DNA of 61,913 nt, the filler included, from Hausera hauseri (taxonomy: Eukaryota), in NCBI GenBank assembly GCA_046269625.1. It is 9 parts of 9 records of this genome, joined end to end, with 100 filler letters (N's around TTAATTAATTAA, not from the genome) between each part and the next. Parts side by side here need not be neighbours in the genome. Positions count along the whole stretch, not along the records: positions 17,383 to 23,779 come from JBJURY010104654.1; positions 23,880 to 29,543 come from JBJURY010210300.1; positions 29,644 to 40,234 come from JBJURY010167752.1; 6 more parts are not named here. One strand, written 5' to 3'. Positions 19,351 through 31,992 of this stretch are shown here, in pieces. Each line of letters starts with the position of its first letter. The stretch's first letter is position 1. A program made the position numbers and the translations under genes. The notes under the pieces are model-generated. The model did no database searches. It was not told the DNA's origin and saw only the letters and a program-made list of their open reading frames with translations.

Positions 19351-19849
19351 CTGAATTCCAAATTTAAGTAAGGATTTTACCTTGAAATTATTAATTGTTT
19401 TAGTAATATGGTGTCCTCACTCGGGGCACCAGTTTATATGTTACTATTTCCCAGACAAAGATAGAATTACATTTAGATGAATACCTCATTATGTAATTTA
19501 TCGTAACATATAAAAGAAATTTTTCCTTATAAAACCTGAAGGGCGAGTTCGCGGGCGGTTCGGTATGTAAAATACCTGCGCCTTTGATTATTGGACGTAT
19601 AACAATAGGTTACGTAATCCTCATAGTTAGACATGTCAATGTTACGTACCTGCTCTATATTTTCCTTCATCAAATGTATAATAATTTCAAAACAATGTAT
19701 GGTATTTAGTTCAATTCCAACCAGAGATATATACTCACAATGTATGGCAATCATTTCAATTCCAACCAAGGACATGCGTCGATATGTATTCTGAAAGTTT
19801 AGGCACTCAACCTTTCCTTTCTTGTAACCATATGACGGTACTGTGTTCA

Positions 19850-20000
19850 TAATTTAACAAATAGGTTCATTGTTCAGGCATAACGTTGATTATTTAACGA
19901 ATATGTTCATTGTATTTATAGTTTTATGAATATGTTCATTGTGTTTATAATTTCACAAATAAGTTCATGGTGTTTATAATTTCACGAATATGTTCACTTC
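19850..20000. repeat. Degenerate ~30-bp tandem repeat
   Basis: Recurrent AATATGTTCATTGTGTTTATAATTTCAC-like units. Confidence 0.7.
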
Positions 20001-22295
20001 TCAGGCATAAGCCATAACAAAATTAAATTTTTTGTTTTACTACGCTTACTTATCCAATGGTCGTAATCATCTAATTCTTCAACTTGTAGTATAACCAAAT
20101 GAGAATCATCACTTAAACTCATCCTGATACCCATTGAGCTTATACCGTGCAACGTTCAAAGACTTAATATCGTCCGAAAATAACAAAGACTCAGTCTCGT
20201 ATTTCTTGGTTGTTATAGCCAACAATGAACAATATATACACATGCCAGGATGAGCACAGATGACACAGATTAAATGCAAAATCCACAACCTTCTCCAAGG
20301 ATCGTACTCAATGTTCTCATGTTTCTTCTTCCATTGTCCCTTCCTTTACCACCCTCTGTACCTTTTAGAAACTTCATCTCGCATACGCAGAAATACACCG
20401 GTCGTGAATAAATTATATAATTATATAAATGAAATAAGTAAACAAATCATACACGGTTAATATATATTACTCTCATATTATATTATAATCACAAATAAAA
20501 CCTTTATCATTATTATATATTAGACAAAATAAAAAGATAAATTATTCAAAGATTATACTTTATATCATGTTGAAGGGATTATGATTAATGATGCTTATTC
20601 CCAAGCAATGCGTATTCATGTGCATTTCAATCACAAACCCTTTCAAGTGCAGCCCAGATCACCGTCAGATTTTCAACATAACCCCGACGTTCCAATATAT
20701 GTCCCAAATAAAATACCGGAATTTATCATGATCCCCTCTGTACTCTTATATATTAATTAATGTAATATTCATTCACGCATCCCGTATCTTTCCGAGACGA
20801 ATACTCAGACCTCGTAAATCGGTCTACCATCGGGGTCTTATTGTATTATATACATGAATAATAAATTTAAATTATATCACCGAAAATTTACAAAAGGTTT
20901 TAAATTAAATATATGACCACAAAGTCCATCATGAGGTCGGTAATGTCAGCATATACATTCAATGATCGCTCACTAGCTAGTCGTTCGTTAAGCCTTTTAA
21001 TCATGACAGCCTTTCAATTGTGTGCTTGGCTCATTTTTGGAAAGGCAAATCTTTGCCAACGATAATCATCGAATGTCTTGTAAATAATCAATTAAAACCA
21101 ACTATGGTGCAGAACAACATGCAAAAGAAGAGTCCCTTTTGGTAAGCAATCGATTTCATAAATCATACACACCCTTTTTCTTGTTAACCCTTTCTAGCGA
21201 ATTAATATTATTATCGGATTCGATCATTAGGTCCTGACAGTACTTTTCCATCAATTTTCATTCCATTCGGAGAGTTTATATGTTTCATCAGTTGGACAAC
21301 ATCGAGTTATCGGGTTATCCTTCGTCTGAAGTATATGACCATTACTTCCTTTCAACCGAAAGATGGATTTTCCTCTCTAAAATTCATCAAATTCACCATG
21401 CGCAAACTTACTGAGTAACCAAACATCGATATTTAATATGAAATAAACTTTATTGTATAACAAATTTTTACAACAATAAAACTAAGTTATGGCGACATTT
21501 ATACAATCATTTATAACAAAGACAAATATCTAGAAATTTTCTCACCTAATCCTTCGCTCATATCATCTACACGGGATTCGGCCATTATATGATGTGTATA
21601 TGTTTCTCGTTTATCCAAGGAGTACCAATTACAATCGTCCAAAGGCAAAGGTTTCTGTCAATCGAAGTTTCGGATAATACAGACGCTTGTTCTTTTATTG
21701 CTAAGACATCAACGAAATAATCACTAAACCTAATACTTAACAACTTACTCAAGTAAGTTCGATAATTTCGTAAGCACTCAAAGCTAATCGTAATCGTAAT
21801 TTCGAAAATTTTGTGTGTGTGTTCTTCTTACGAATAGTTTCGTTTATTTATACCCGGAGTTTAATGCAGGTGGTTAATTCCAAATTTAATTATCAAAATT
21901 CATATCAAAATTCATATATCGTTGAGTTATGCAAATGGTGTTTTTTGATTCCAATTATCAAAACCCGTACGCCGTCAATCCACACAGACGGTGCTTTCCG
22001 AATTCAATTATTGAAATTTGCCTATCATCGCTTAATGCAGATTGTAATTTCTGAAATTCTATGCGATTAATGCAGATGGTAATTTCTGAATTTATGATTC
22101 GCCAAAACAACATAATTTGCACTTTTAAAATTTTAAAACCTTTCAACACATGATTTGCATTTTGCATTCAACATTTATTGGTGGGTTCATAAATAACTCA
22201 TAACTAATCAGAAAATAAAAACGCTCATCACGGGGCCTTAACATTTGTATTGAAGCAAGAGTTTGTTAAAGTTATCATTAAAATGTCTCAAGATC

Positions 22296-22447
22296 AAAGT
22301 GTCAATTACAGTGTCAAAGTGATTTCAATTAAAGTGTCAATTAAAGTGTCAAAGTGATTTCAATTAAAGTGTCAATTAAAGTGTCAAAGTGATTTCAATT
22401 AAAGTGTCAATTAAAGTGATTTCAATTAAAGTGTAAATTAAAGTGTC
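22296..22447. repeat. Minisatellite (TCAATTAAAGTG / TCAAAGTGATT units)
   Basis: Directly visible tandem array. Confidence 0.9.
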
Positions 22448-22453
22448 TCAACA

Positions 22454-23779
22454 GTGGCGACAGAACGAGTACCAATTAGACTAGTGAATAATGCACCAAC
22501 TCCCGTAAGGTTGCATGCCAATTCTACATTGGGCCATACTTATAAGATGTCAGCGATAACAATCGAAGAAAAACCATACAAATGTGCTGAATTTCCACCT
22601 CACGTCGAAACTAAATTTTCACCAGAAGTATATTGACAGTTTTATTAACTATTATGCAAATACCAGTCGGTTATTGCCCAAAATGAAGAAGATATAGGCA
22701 GAGCAAAAGCCCTAAGGCTAACAATCCCACTAAAAAAGAAACTTGGCTCCAATGACTAAATCGATTTGGAAGGGCAAAAGGTGCCCAAATGGTACCCACC
22801 ACCTCATTCATTGATGTCCGAAATAACTAAAGAGATAGAACGCATGTTCAAAGCCAACATAATACGACCAAGCTACCTATCTTGGTATTCACAAATACTC
22901 ATGGTTAAAAAGAAAAATACCACTAAACATAGATTCTGTATAGATTACCGAGCTCTAAACACTCTTATGATGAAGGACTCATTTCCACTACCGTCAGTAA
23001 AGGAAGCATTAGATAGATTATCAGGAGAAAAATGGTTTACCACACTGGACTTACAATCCGGATACTGGCAAGTAGAAATTGAAGAAGACGATTGTTACAA
23101 AACAGCGTTTAAGACGCACGACGGAGTTTACGAATTTAACGTCATTCCGTTCGGTATAAACACCGACCCAGCTATCTTCACCAGAATGATGAATAAAATG
23201 CTAATGGGACTCGATCGTGCATTTGCATACTTAGGCGATATAATGATAGCATCAAGAACAGAAGAAGAACACCTAAAGGACATCGAAGACACTCTCATGC
23301 GGTTGGAACAAGCAGAATTAAAACTGAACCCAAAGAAATGTAAATGGGCACAAAATACTGTATAATATCTCGGACATATAGTTGGAGAAGGAGGGTCAAA
23401 ACCAGATAAATCTTTACTAAACAAAATATCGGATTGTATAGAACCCCAGAACCAAAAAGAATTAAAACATTGGTTAGGCTTATGTGGATATTATGCAACT
23501 TATGTGCCAGACAATTCAAAAATAAATGCGCCGTTATATGGGCTATTGAAAAAAGGTATCAAATGGAAATGGACCGATGTCGAACAGAAAGCTTTCGACG
23601 AAATGAAAAAAATTCTAACAAATGAACCGGTGTTGAGATACCCAAATTTTAATTTACCATTTATAATTAAAACAGACTCAAGTAAAGAATGAATTGGTTA
23701 CGAGTTAGTTCAGAAAAGAGAAGACGAAGAAGTGGAACACTCAATTGCATACAGAGGACGATTGCTGAAGAAAGCCGAA
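22454..23779 (+). pseudogene. Ty3/Gypsy pol fragment (RT, start of RNase H)
   Basis: RFCIDYRALN, LDLQSGYWQV, AYLGD (decayed YLDD), FIIKTD; internal stops and frameshifts. Confidence 0.9.
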
Positions 23780-23879
23780 NNNNNNNNNNNNNNNNNNNNN
23801 NNNNNNNNNNNNNNNNNNNNNNNTTAATTAATTAANNNNNNNNNNNNNNNNNNNNNNNNNNNNNNNNNNNNNNNNNNNN

Positions 23880-24431
23880 TAACACCAAGCAGTAGGTATT
23901 TTGGCTGATCGTATAAGTCAAAGTACAGCGGTCCACACTTGATAAGTGCATTTGATTCTGCCACCCATGCCTTACAATTTGACGCTGTGGCATTGTATCC
24001 GATGGTTTTTGTCAAATGAGTCCTTTTCGTGTCTGCGCTGTAATTTAGAGCCGTTTCAATGGGTGCTTTGACACTGTATAGACTGGTGTTGCCTTCGATT
24101 TTGACGCTGTTCAGAGTCAGTGAAACCTCCCGGAACAGTGTGGGGGAAAAGTAATGGGCCGGTGTGACAGTGTCCGTTGCAGCACGAACAGCTGACGAAT
24201 TTTTCTTAACAATGACTTTTGCATAGATTAGCGTATCGCTCAAATCCAGATATTCACTATCCGATGCCATAATGTTGAATTGAATATCAATGTTATCATT
24301 CGTTGAAACAGAATCAACGGGGTAGATTTCTTCAAATGCTGCATTGTCAATAACAACTTTGGTGCCGCTTTGTCAAATATACACAGTTCGGATTTTGCAG
24401 ATGTTATTTGTCTGTCAATCGAAAATCGCAC
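23880..24431 (-). pseudogene. Polinton major capsid protein N-terminus
   Basis: KSELCIF and EYLDLSDTLIY motifs; frameshifted and cut by contig end. Confidence 0.75.
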
Positions 24432-24790
24432 GACTACGACGACTTTTGTTTATAGTTGGTGAGCTTGATAATGCTTTACGTTTTTGTTTTCTCAAGCCAC
24501 TGCCAGTGAATTGTTTTTTTGACTGATTCAACGACCCCCGGTGCAGCACTTTTTATTTCAGACAAGGTGTGTTCGTTCAATTATGGAAAAATCGATTTGT
24601 TTTCACATAGTACATCCTGTGATGTTTTTGCTGCCACTGCTCCAATACGTTTCAACACGGGATATGCTAATCGCGCCAATGTACGCCATCATCCAGAGCC
24701 ATACGGTTTACCAACGAAATACGGCAATTCACTGCCCTGCTGAGGTTTACTGTAAGTGGAAAAGACTCCAGAATCAATCATGTTGGTTTC
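24410..24790 (-). pseudogene. Small basic virion core protein (GSG cleavage-like motifs)
   Basis: Read by hand: QQGSE..YGSG..RTLARLAYPVLKRIG..TGSGLRKQKRK..RAIFD; typical position just upstream of MCP. Confidence 0.5.
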
Positions 24791-24805
24791 GACGAAAATG
24801 AAAAG

Positions 24806-25770
24806 TTAGAGAGGTTGTGGTACCGTACGGAAATTCAATAAGGTAGCCCGCGTTACATCGATATTCACGTCAGCATTGTTTGTAGATGTAGTTGCCACAT
24901 GTAGGTACATTAAATTATCGAGCTTAACAGTGACATTGTCGACAGCCGTATACTTGCTGCTTTCCGGAAAAATTGCACGCAGTAGCGGTGCACGTACTCC
25001 ACCGACCAAAAGCGGTTCGGTGACATTAATGTAAATGTACATTTGACTTAGTCTCGTTTTCAGTTTGGGTTTGAGTGTTGCAACGTGTACCGCCGCCGTC
25101 GTCCATGCCTCAAACCGCTTTTTTTTCAAAACCCAATATCATGGCCAAAGCTTTGTCCAATGAAATGGTGACGATATCCTTAGCCAGTTCAAATTTAATC
25201 AACCCATTTGCATGGGACTCTAAATTTTATACATCTCCTTGTACTTTTAGTTTGAAGAAGAAGAAAACTATTGTCAGAAATTTGCCAAGGATTCGTAATA
25301 GACATTGTCTCCAATCGATACGTATGACCTTGACACCCTTTTTGTTGTATGGGTAAATTTTACCGTTGTCTGGTAATATACGGGACGTAATCTAGGAGCA
25401 ACTACATATTCACTTTTAATATATTGACCTTTATACTCTGCGTTTTTGAATCACCTATAATAAGAACACCGATCGTACCGTAATTTGTTCCGGTTATGAT
25501 AATGCCCGATTTTCCAACTGTTATTTTATTGTTAGTAAGTGTCAGAGGACAAGAATGTGTTTTGATTTCAGCAACAGTCTTGTTGTACGTTATTTTTATA
25601 CTACGTTTCAATATCACCGGTGCATAAGGAAAGTTAAATACCATCGGTGCAACCTCCCATTGTTTAGATAAATCCAAAGGATTGTTCCAGTCTACAACGT
25701 ATTCACTGGCTGAACTGTTCGGACGAGTTGTCGGACATCTGTTTCTAGGCAACACCATGTAAATACTCAT
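24806..25770 (-). pseudogene. Polinton minor capsid protein (penton)
   Basis: N-terminal IYMVLP.N...Y.V....PLDL..QWEVA and C-terminal MYIY....EP.LVGG..APLLR. Confidence 0.7.
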
Positions 25771-25776
25771 GATCTC

Positions 25777-25782
25777 GATGAC

Positions 25783-25832
<50 letters not shown>
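25777..25832. repeat. (GAT)n microsatellite
   Basis: Visible. Confidence 0.95.
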
Positions 25833-25837
<5 letters not shown>

Positions 25838-25869
25838 ATGACGCAGTTTGTTTATTATCGACGTTGACG

Positions 25870-26855
25870 ACGTCAAAAATATAACGTCAAATGTATCGTT
25901 TATCCAACCAAAAATTTAATGGGTTCTCAAAATTCATCAAGCATACACACGGAAATACTGTGCAAAATATTGTGAGACAATTATTAGTATATGGGTCTAA
26001 GAATACTAAGGGGAACAGTTTCACCCGATGTTTTGTATGTCAGAATCCAGTTCGATAGAAGCCAGCAGTTATCCGGTAAAATTTTGATTCTGTGAAATGA
26101 TCCATAGAGTTGTGGTTTGTATTTGGCAAAAATAGATCGTTTAGCAATGTTTTGATAGAATTCGCGTTTTGAAAAACCCAGATTCCCAGCCAATAATTTA
26201 TCAAAAGCAAAATGTGTAACATTGTCATGTAGTGTAATCGGAATATGACCATCTGCGTTTACTTCGCATGTCTTTACGCTAAGGCACCTGTTTTCTTGAC
26301 GTGTTCGCACAATTCCAGTTCCATTTCCATTAGTAAATCATGTGATTTAATACATGAGAGGAAGACTGATTTTGACTTAGTCCACTTTATTATAATATCC
26401 GATTCCGCATCAGATGAAAGGTCAAATTTTTCACCAATTATAACATGTCCAGCTAGCTATTAACGTTTTGAGTGTACACTGACTTATTGAAAACCCCATG
26501 CCTGAGCATCAGCTATAGAATTAAACTGCATTTTCATTGAATTTCGATGCTTTAGTTTCATACGGTAGTTTGAATAATAAGCATAAACCGAGAAATTTTC
26601 TAGCGAATAATTGCGAACCGGTTATTTTGTCAGATTGTCCGTAAACAACTTAAAATCGGGTATGTTTCTTGTCAAGTAAAGTAAATACCACAGACCTGAC
26701 GTATTTTTATTGGTGAAAATGTAAATATGAATTCCGTCAAAGCCACTTCCCAGGCTCCGTGACGCAAAAATGCACCGGTTGGTCCAAGTGCATGGTAAAC
26801 CGTTTAGTGATATTGTCATTGTTGTAATGTTGTGATAATCATCAGTTACTATCAA
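25870..26855 (-). pseudogene. Second penton-like ORF, decayed
   Basis: LAGNLGF and a C-terminal PIY..L....L.SISV...DE...PIKF pattern resembling Polinton penton ends. Confidence 0.4.
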
Positions 26856-26885
26856 GTACCAAGTAAATGCTGCTGCTGCTACTGC

Positions 26886-27920
26886 TCACTCAATCTGTGA
26901 TGCAAATATCCAACTCGGTGTAGTGTATCCATGATACTTGACGAGATATTGTTTATTCGAACCTTTGCCATGTGGACGTAGAATTTTCTGAATACGATAT
27001 AACTCGGGTTTCTCGGGCAGTACCTGCAGTTCCTGTTCATAGAATTTATCGCGTATTTCCTTACGGGTTTCATCCTCTAAAACGTATATGACAGGAGTTT
27101 GTTTTGTTTTGATTGCGGAAATGCGGAAAACCTCGTCACTCCAATTCTGATTGAAATTCTTAATGAATGGTGTGGTACTGATTTTTGGAATACGTACATA
27201 ATCACCGATTTTATACTTGGGACGATGTCTTGTTGGCCGTTGTCGATTTTGATAAAGCCACATGTCCAAATTATCGATTACGCCAACCGACCGTAATTTG
27301 TTGATGCTACGATGTGTCGAGTGATTGTATGCATGAATAATATCCTGCAGTACATCTATTCAGAGTTCATTGCCTTGCTTCATAAAGAATTTGTTTAGGC
27401 GACCGCGCAATGTTCGATTAAATCGTTCAACGAGCGCAGCCTTATATTGGGCAAACACTGAGTTGTGGTTTACGCCAAACCGTTTCAGGACCTCTGCAAC
27501 GTAAGCGTTGTAGAATTCCGTGCCAAAATCCGTTTTTAATTGCTTCGGTTGTTGTTGTTGTGGTTGTTGTTGTTGCAATAGTGCCTGAACAGCGTCGGCA
27601 ATCTCTTTACCGAATTTAGATTTTACGTCAACTGCACGTGCAAAACGACTAAACACATCAACGCATGTTAGCATGTGCCCATCGTTGATACTGGCGTACG
27701 GAATCATTTACACCAGATCCACTTGCCATACATTATTTACACGGGTAGCACGGTATGCACGAGTTGGAAACCGCCTTTTTATCGGTTTGTTCAGGCTGTA
27801 TGCTAAATATTTCCCGAGCCAACGTTGGGTCTTATGTCAAGTCTGTTTGACAGTCTTTGCCAGTTTATTGACGCCAGTATACCCGACAGTATGACGCGGT
27901 TTAAACGAAACGTCGCTCAT
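26886..27920 (-). pseudogene. Polinton rve integrase with C-terminal chromo-like domain
   Basis: LTCVDVFSR, TDFGTEFYN, VERFNRTL, YKIGDYVRI, YRIQKIL...YLVKY.GY....WI. Confidence 0.9.
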
Positions 27921-28069
27921 TGGTGTTATCGTCGATGGTGCCCGTTTTTCTTGCATTACAACAATTAGAACGAAACGTAAATGAAATATTAAGTAAACTG
28001 GGACAGAAAGATGAAAACCATGAACCCATATCGCCGAATCATCATATGCTTACCGTCATTGTCTATACT

Positions 28070-28400
28070 AAAATGTTCCACCAATGAGTCCACCCAGTAA
28101 TGACGTAACAATCGGTAGAATTGCATCAAGGAATCCACCTCGTTTCAGGAATGATCTCTCGTTTTAGTTATTTACTACGGGCATTGACAAGGCCACTGAG
28201 TCGATTTCGATACTTTAGTAAATTCCGCTTTCCACTATTAATGTCAACGTGACCCACAATGATATTGTATAAAATTTCCATTAAATCGTCTACTATAAAT
28301 TGCAGGAATGATCTTAGCATGTTTCACTTATGTCTCGTACGTGCCTGCAGTAAAGCAATAAAGTACGCCTGACCACGTTTGAATCACATTTTGGACGTAT
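28070..28400 (-). pseudogene. Polinton 'GGFL' membrane-active core protein
   Basis: Minus-strand KRGGFLDAILPIVTSLLGGL preceded by EILYNIIVGHV. Confidence 0.55.
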
Positions 28401-28794
28401 TGTTGCTGCGACGTAGTTTTTTATAACCGTTTCCACTGTGACGGTAATTTGCACCTAGCTGCTGCTTTTGTTTTTCGATAAAGCATAGAATTGATTAATC
28501 CCTTGACTGTAGCGGCGACTGTTCATTTTGATACACGTTTCATGCAGCCGGACACCCGCTTGGTAGGTTTACGCTTAACAATCATTTTTCGGAAATTCTT
28601 CATTTTTATCATAATAATGTCGTCGATTTTCGAATTTGTTTATAGACACATACACTTTTCTGATTGAAAATGTCTGTTCGTACACGCATGTCATCGGGAC
28701 ACTGTTGCGTATAGTCAGTAAACAAATATCCGTGTGGCTCGGTCGTAGCATCATGATATGCATCTATCAAGTAGGCTAGGTTGTGAGGATATGC

Positions 28795-29271
28795 TTATTG
28801 TGCAACACAATCAATGATAGTCTGATCACAAGGATTTTTGAACAACACCAAATAATGTGCGTTTAGATTTCTTGTTTGATGCCGTCCGTCCTGATGGAAC
28901 ATGTTTTGCGTAATGAAAATCACCGTTATACCACGGTGTCGTGCAATCTTCGTGAAGAGGTTGTTGAAGTCCCATTGTGCCGCGGCTTTCTGAAATAAAT
29001 CGTAAATGATAATAACGTCACCGTTACGTAATCTCTCTGACCAGTTCTCATCATACCCATCAATTACCGTTATCGATTTCAGTTTACAAAATTTTCGTTG
29101 TGTAAAACCGGACTCACCATCATCACCAACACCTTGATGCCAGTATATGTGATTGTACCGCGGTGAATGGAACACATCAAGGTAGTTTTTCAGTAGTTTA
29201 CACACAAAGTACATTTTGCCACTTCCACGCGGGCCTACAATCTGGAAATTTGCATCGTTCTGCAGATTCAT
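28795..29271 (-). pseudogene. A32/FtsK-like packaging ATPase
   Basis: Walker A GPRGSGK, Walker B IIIYD (decayed), ARHRGITVIFITQN; premature stop. Confidence 0.85.
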
Positions 29272-29454
29272 CTAAATAATAATAATAATAACAAAACAAA
29301 CTTTCCTCACCACATTATTTGTTTATAATCGTGTTACACGCACATATTAATAGCTATATTATAAACACTGTTTTTATAATGTTAGCTTAATGATGGTGAT
29401 AACACAGTAGTTGTTGTTACTTCTTGGTATAAAAAATATTGATGTCGCATATGA

Positions 29455-29466
29455 ATGATGATGATA

Positions 29467-29543
<77 letters not shown>
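29455..29543. repeat. (GAT)n microsatellite at contig end
   Basis: Visible. Confidence 0.95.
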
Positions 29544-29643
29544 NNNNNNNNNNNNNNNNNNNNNNNNNNNNNNNNNNNNNNNNNNNNTTAATTAATTAAN
29601 NNNNNNNNNNNNNNNNNNNNNNNNNNNNNNNNNNNNNNNNNNN

Positions 29644-31992
29644 GCATGACACAGGACTTTATCTCCACTCTGCATAGTTTTCACTTTGTTCAACATGTTA
29701 CGGACCCCACTCATGAGCGCGGCCACATGTTGGACCTGGTTTTTTCCATGGGCTTGGCTGTAAACAATGTGTGTGTCGAGGACTTGCTAATCAGTGATCA
29801 TAGTGGCGTCTTTTTTGATGTAAACACTGTCCTAGAGCCCCTCCCCCCCAGAGAGCGGGCCCAGAGAAGGATTCTGAAACCAGATGCAGCTGGAATTTTC
29901 TCTTCTTCATTTGATTCATCTGTCTTGGTTGATGCTGTACATCCAGATAGCTTTACTCAGCTCTTAGATCACCATTGCTCTGAGGTTTTTAATGAATGTT
30001 CTGCTGTCACTACAAAAAACACTGTTGTCAGATCATCTGCTCCCTGGATGAATGAAACCATTCGCTCTGCTAGGCGCAGCTGTAGACAGGCGGAGCGCTT
30101 GTGGAAGTCGTCACACCTAGAGGTTCATAGACTTCACCTTAAAGACCTAAGACTCTCGCTACAAACAATGTTAAAAACTGCTAGGTCTCAATACTTTGCC
30201 CAGCTGGTCTCTCGCTACAAGAAAAACCCCAGAGTACTATTTAGTACCATTGACTCATTAGTCTCCCCAGCTGCCTCTTCCCCCACTGCTTCTTCACCAG
30301 CCTGCAGTAACACGTTTCTGGCTCACTTTGTGGACAAAATTGACAACATACGTGCCACCATCTTAGCACAGCCCCTCCATGCCCCCCCAGCCTTGTCCTC
30401 CTGTGCTGAACCCCCTCCTGTTAACTCTTGGTCTTCTTTCAAGTTGGTATCTGTCAATAGTCTGAGAAACATCATACAGAAAATGAAACCATCGTCCTCC
30501 CCCCTTGACATCCTGCCAGCTTCATTTTTAAAATCTGTTTATGACGTGATGGGTCCTTCCCTCGTCAAGCTGGTAAACTTATCACTTTCATCCGGGTGTT
30601 TTCCAACCCATCCTAAAAAAGCAGTCTCTGGTCCCATCTGATCTGAATAACTACAGACCCATTTCCAAGCTTCCTTTTATGTCTAAGGTCCTGGAAAAAG
30701 TCGTCTCGGAACAACTTAGTAGTTACTTGGAAGAAAACAATCTCTACGACCAATTTCAATCAGGTTTTCGCAAGCACCACTCATCTGAGACTGCACTCCT
30801 CCGAGTATCCAACGACCTGCTAATGTCAGCTGATAGGGGCATGTATTCCGTTCTGCTCCTATTGGACCTATCCTCGGCTTTTGACACAGTAGATCATGGC
30901 ATTTTGCTAAAAAGACTGAGTGATCTAGGTCTTCATGGAGTGGTGTTAGACTGGTTCAGTTCTTATCTCTCTGACCGCTCGTTTTCAGTCTTAGTCGATC
31001 AGGTCTACTCCGACGTGGCCCCTCTTGCATGTGGAGTTCCGCAGGGTTCTGTTCTCGGTCCAATTTTATTTTTATTGTACATCCGCCCTCTGTCTCAGAT
31101 AATCAGCCAATTTACTGATGTCTCCCACCACCTGTATGCAGACGATTTGCAGCTGTACTGCTCTTTTAATGACTCGACCCCGCACAAGTTAACCTCTCTT
31201 ATGGATTGCGTCACAGAAGTAAAAAACTGGCTGACAGAAAACTTGCTCCTACTTAACCTCGACAAGACAGAGGCTCTGATTCTGGCCCCCGAACACAAGA
31301 TCCCTGCAGTAAAAGGGCAGCTGGGCTCCTTGAGCCCAGCTGTCCATCAGACTGTCCGAAACCTGGGAGTTATATTCGACTCTGACCTGTCCCTGGAAAA
31401 ACATGTCAATAACCTAGTGGCAACGTGTTTCTTCCAGCTACGTAACATCTCAAAACTCCGGTCTATACTGTCTGCCTCAGACTTGGAAATGGTCATTCAT
31501 GCCTTCGTCTCGAGCCGCCTGGACTACTGTAACTCTTTGTTCTTCTGCTTAAACCAAAAACAGATTCGACGCCTCCAACTCGTACAAAACTCTGCAGCCA
31601 GGCTGTTAACCCGAACACCAAAACTTACCCACATCACCCCAATCCTATCAGACCTTCACTGGCTTCCTGTTCATTTTAGGATCCGCTTCAAAATCCTGGT
31701 CCTGGCATTCAGAGCCCTAAATGGTCAGGCACCCGACTATGTTCGAGACATGCTCAGTCCACACAATCCTGCCCGCTGCCTACGTTCTCAGGATCGAAAT
31801 CTCCTGGCTGTTCCTCGAACACGTTTCAGGACTCGTGGCGACCGGGCTTTTGCTTTCACAGCTCCTACCCTCTGGAACGCCCTGCCCCTCTCTTTACGCT
31901 CCGCCACTGATGCAGAATCTTTTAAGAAGGGTTTAAAAACATTCTTTTTCAAGCAAGCTTTCGGCGAACAAAACACAACTACACCCATATGA
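29644..31992 (+). mobile_element. LINE (L2 clade, fish-type) ORF2: APE C-terminus + RT, broken by a small deletion/frameshift near 30625-30645
   Basis: PTH.RGH.LDLV, SDH, LDLSSAFDTVDH, GVPQGSVLGP, YADD, LHWLP, RGDRAF. Confidence 0.9.

Larger units (their letters stand above)
23880..29271 (-). mobile_element. Decayed Polinton/Maverick (adintovirus-like) structural and integrase module
   Basis: ATPase, GGFL core protein, integrase, penton-like genes and MCP, all on the minus strand. Confidence 0.85.

Noticed and set aside
22296-22447. CRISPR-like array
   Set aside because: No unique spacers, eukaryotic context and no cas genes; it is a minisatellite
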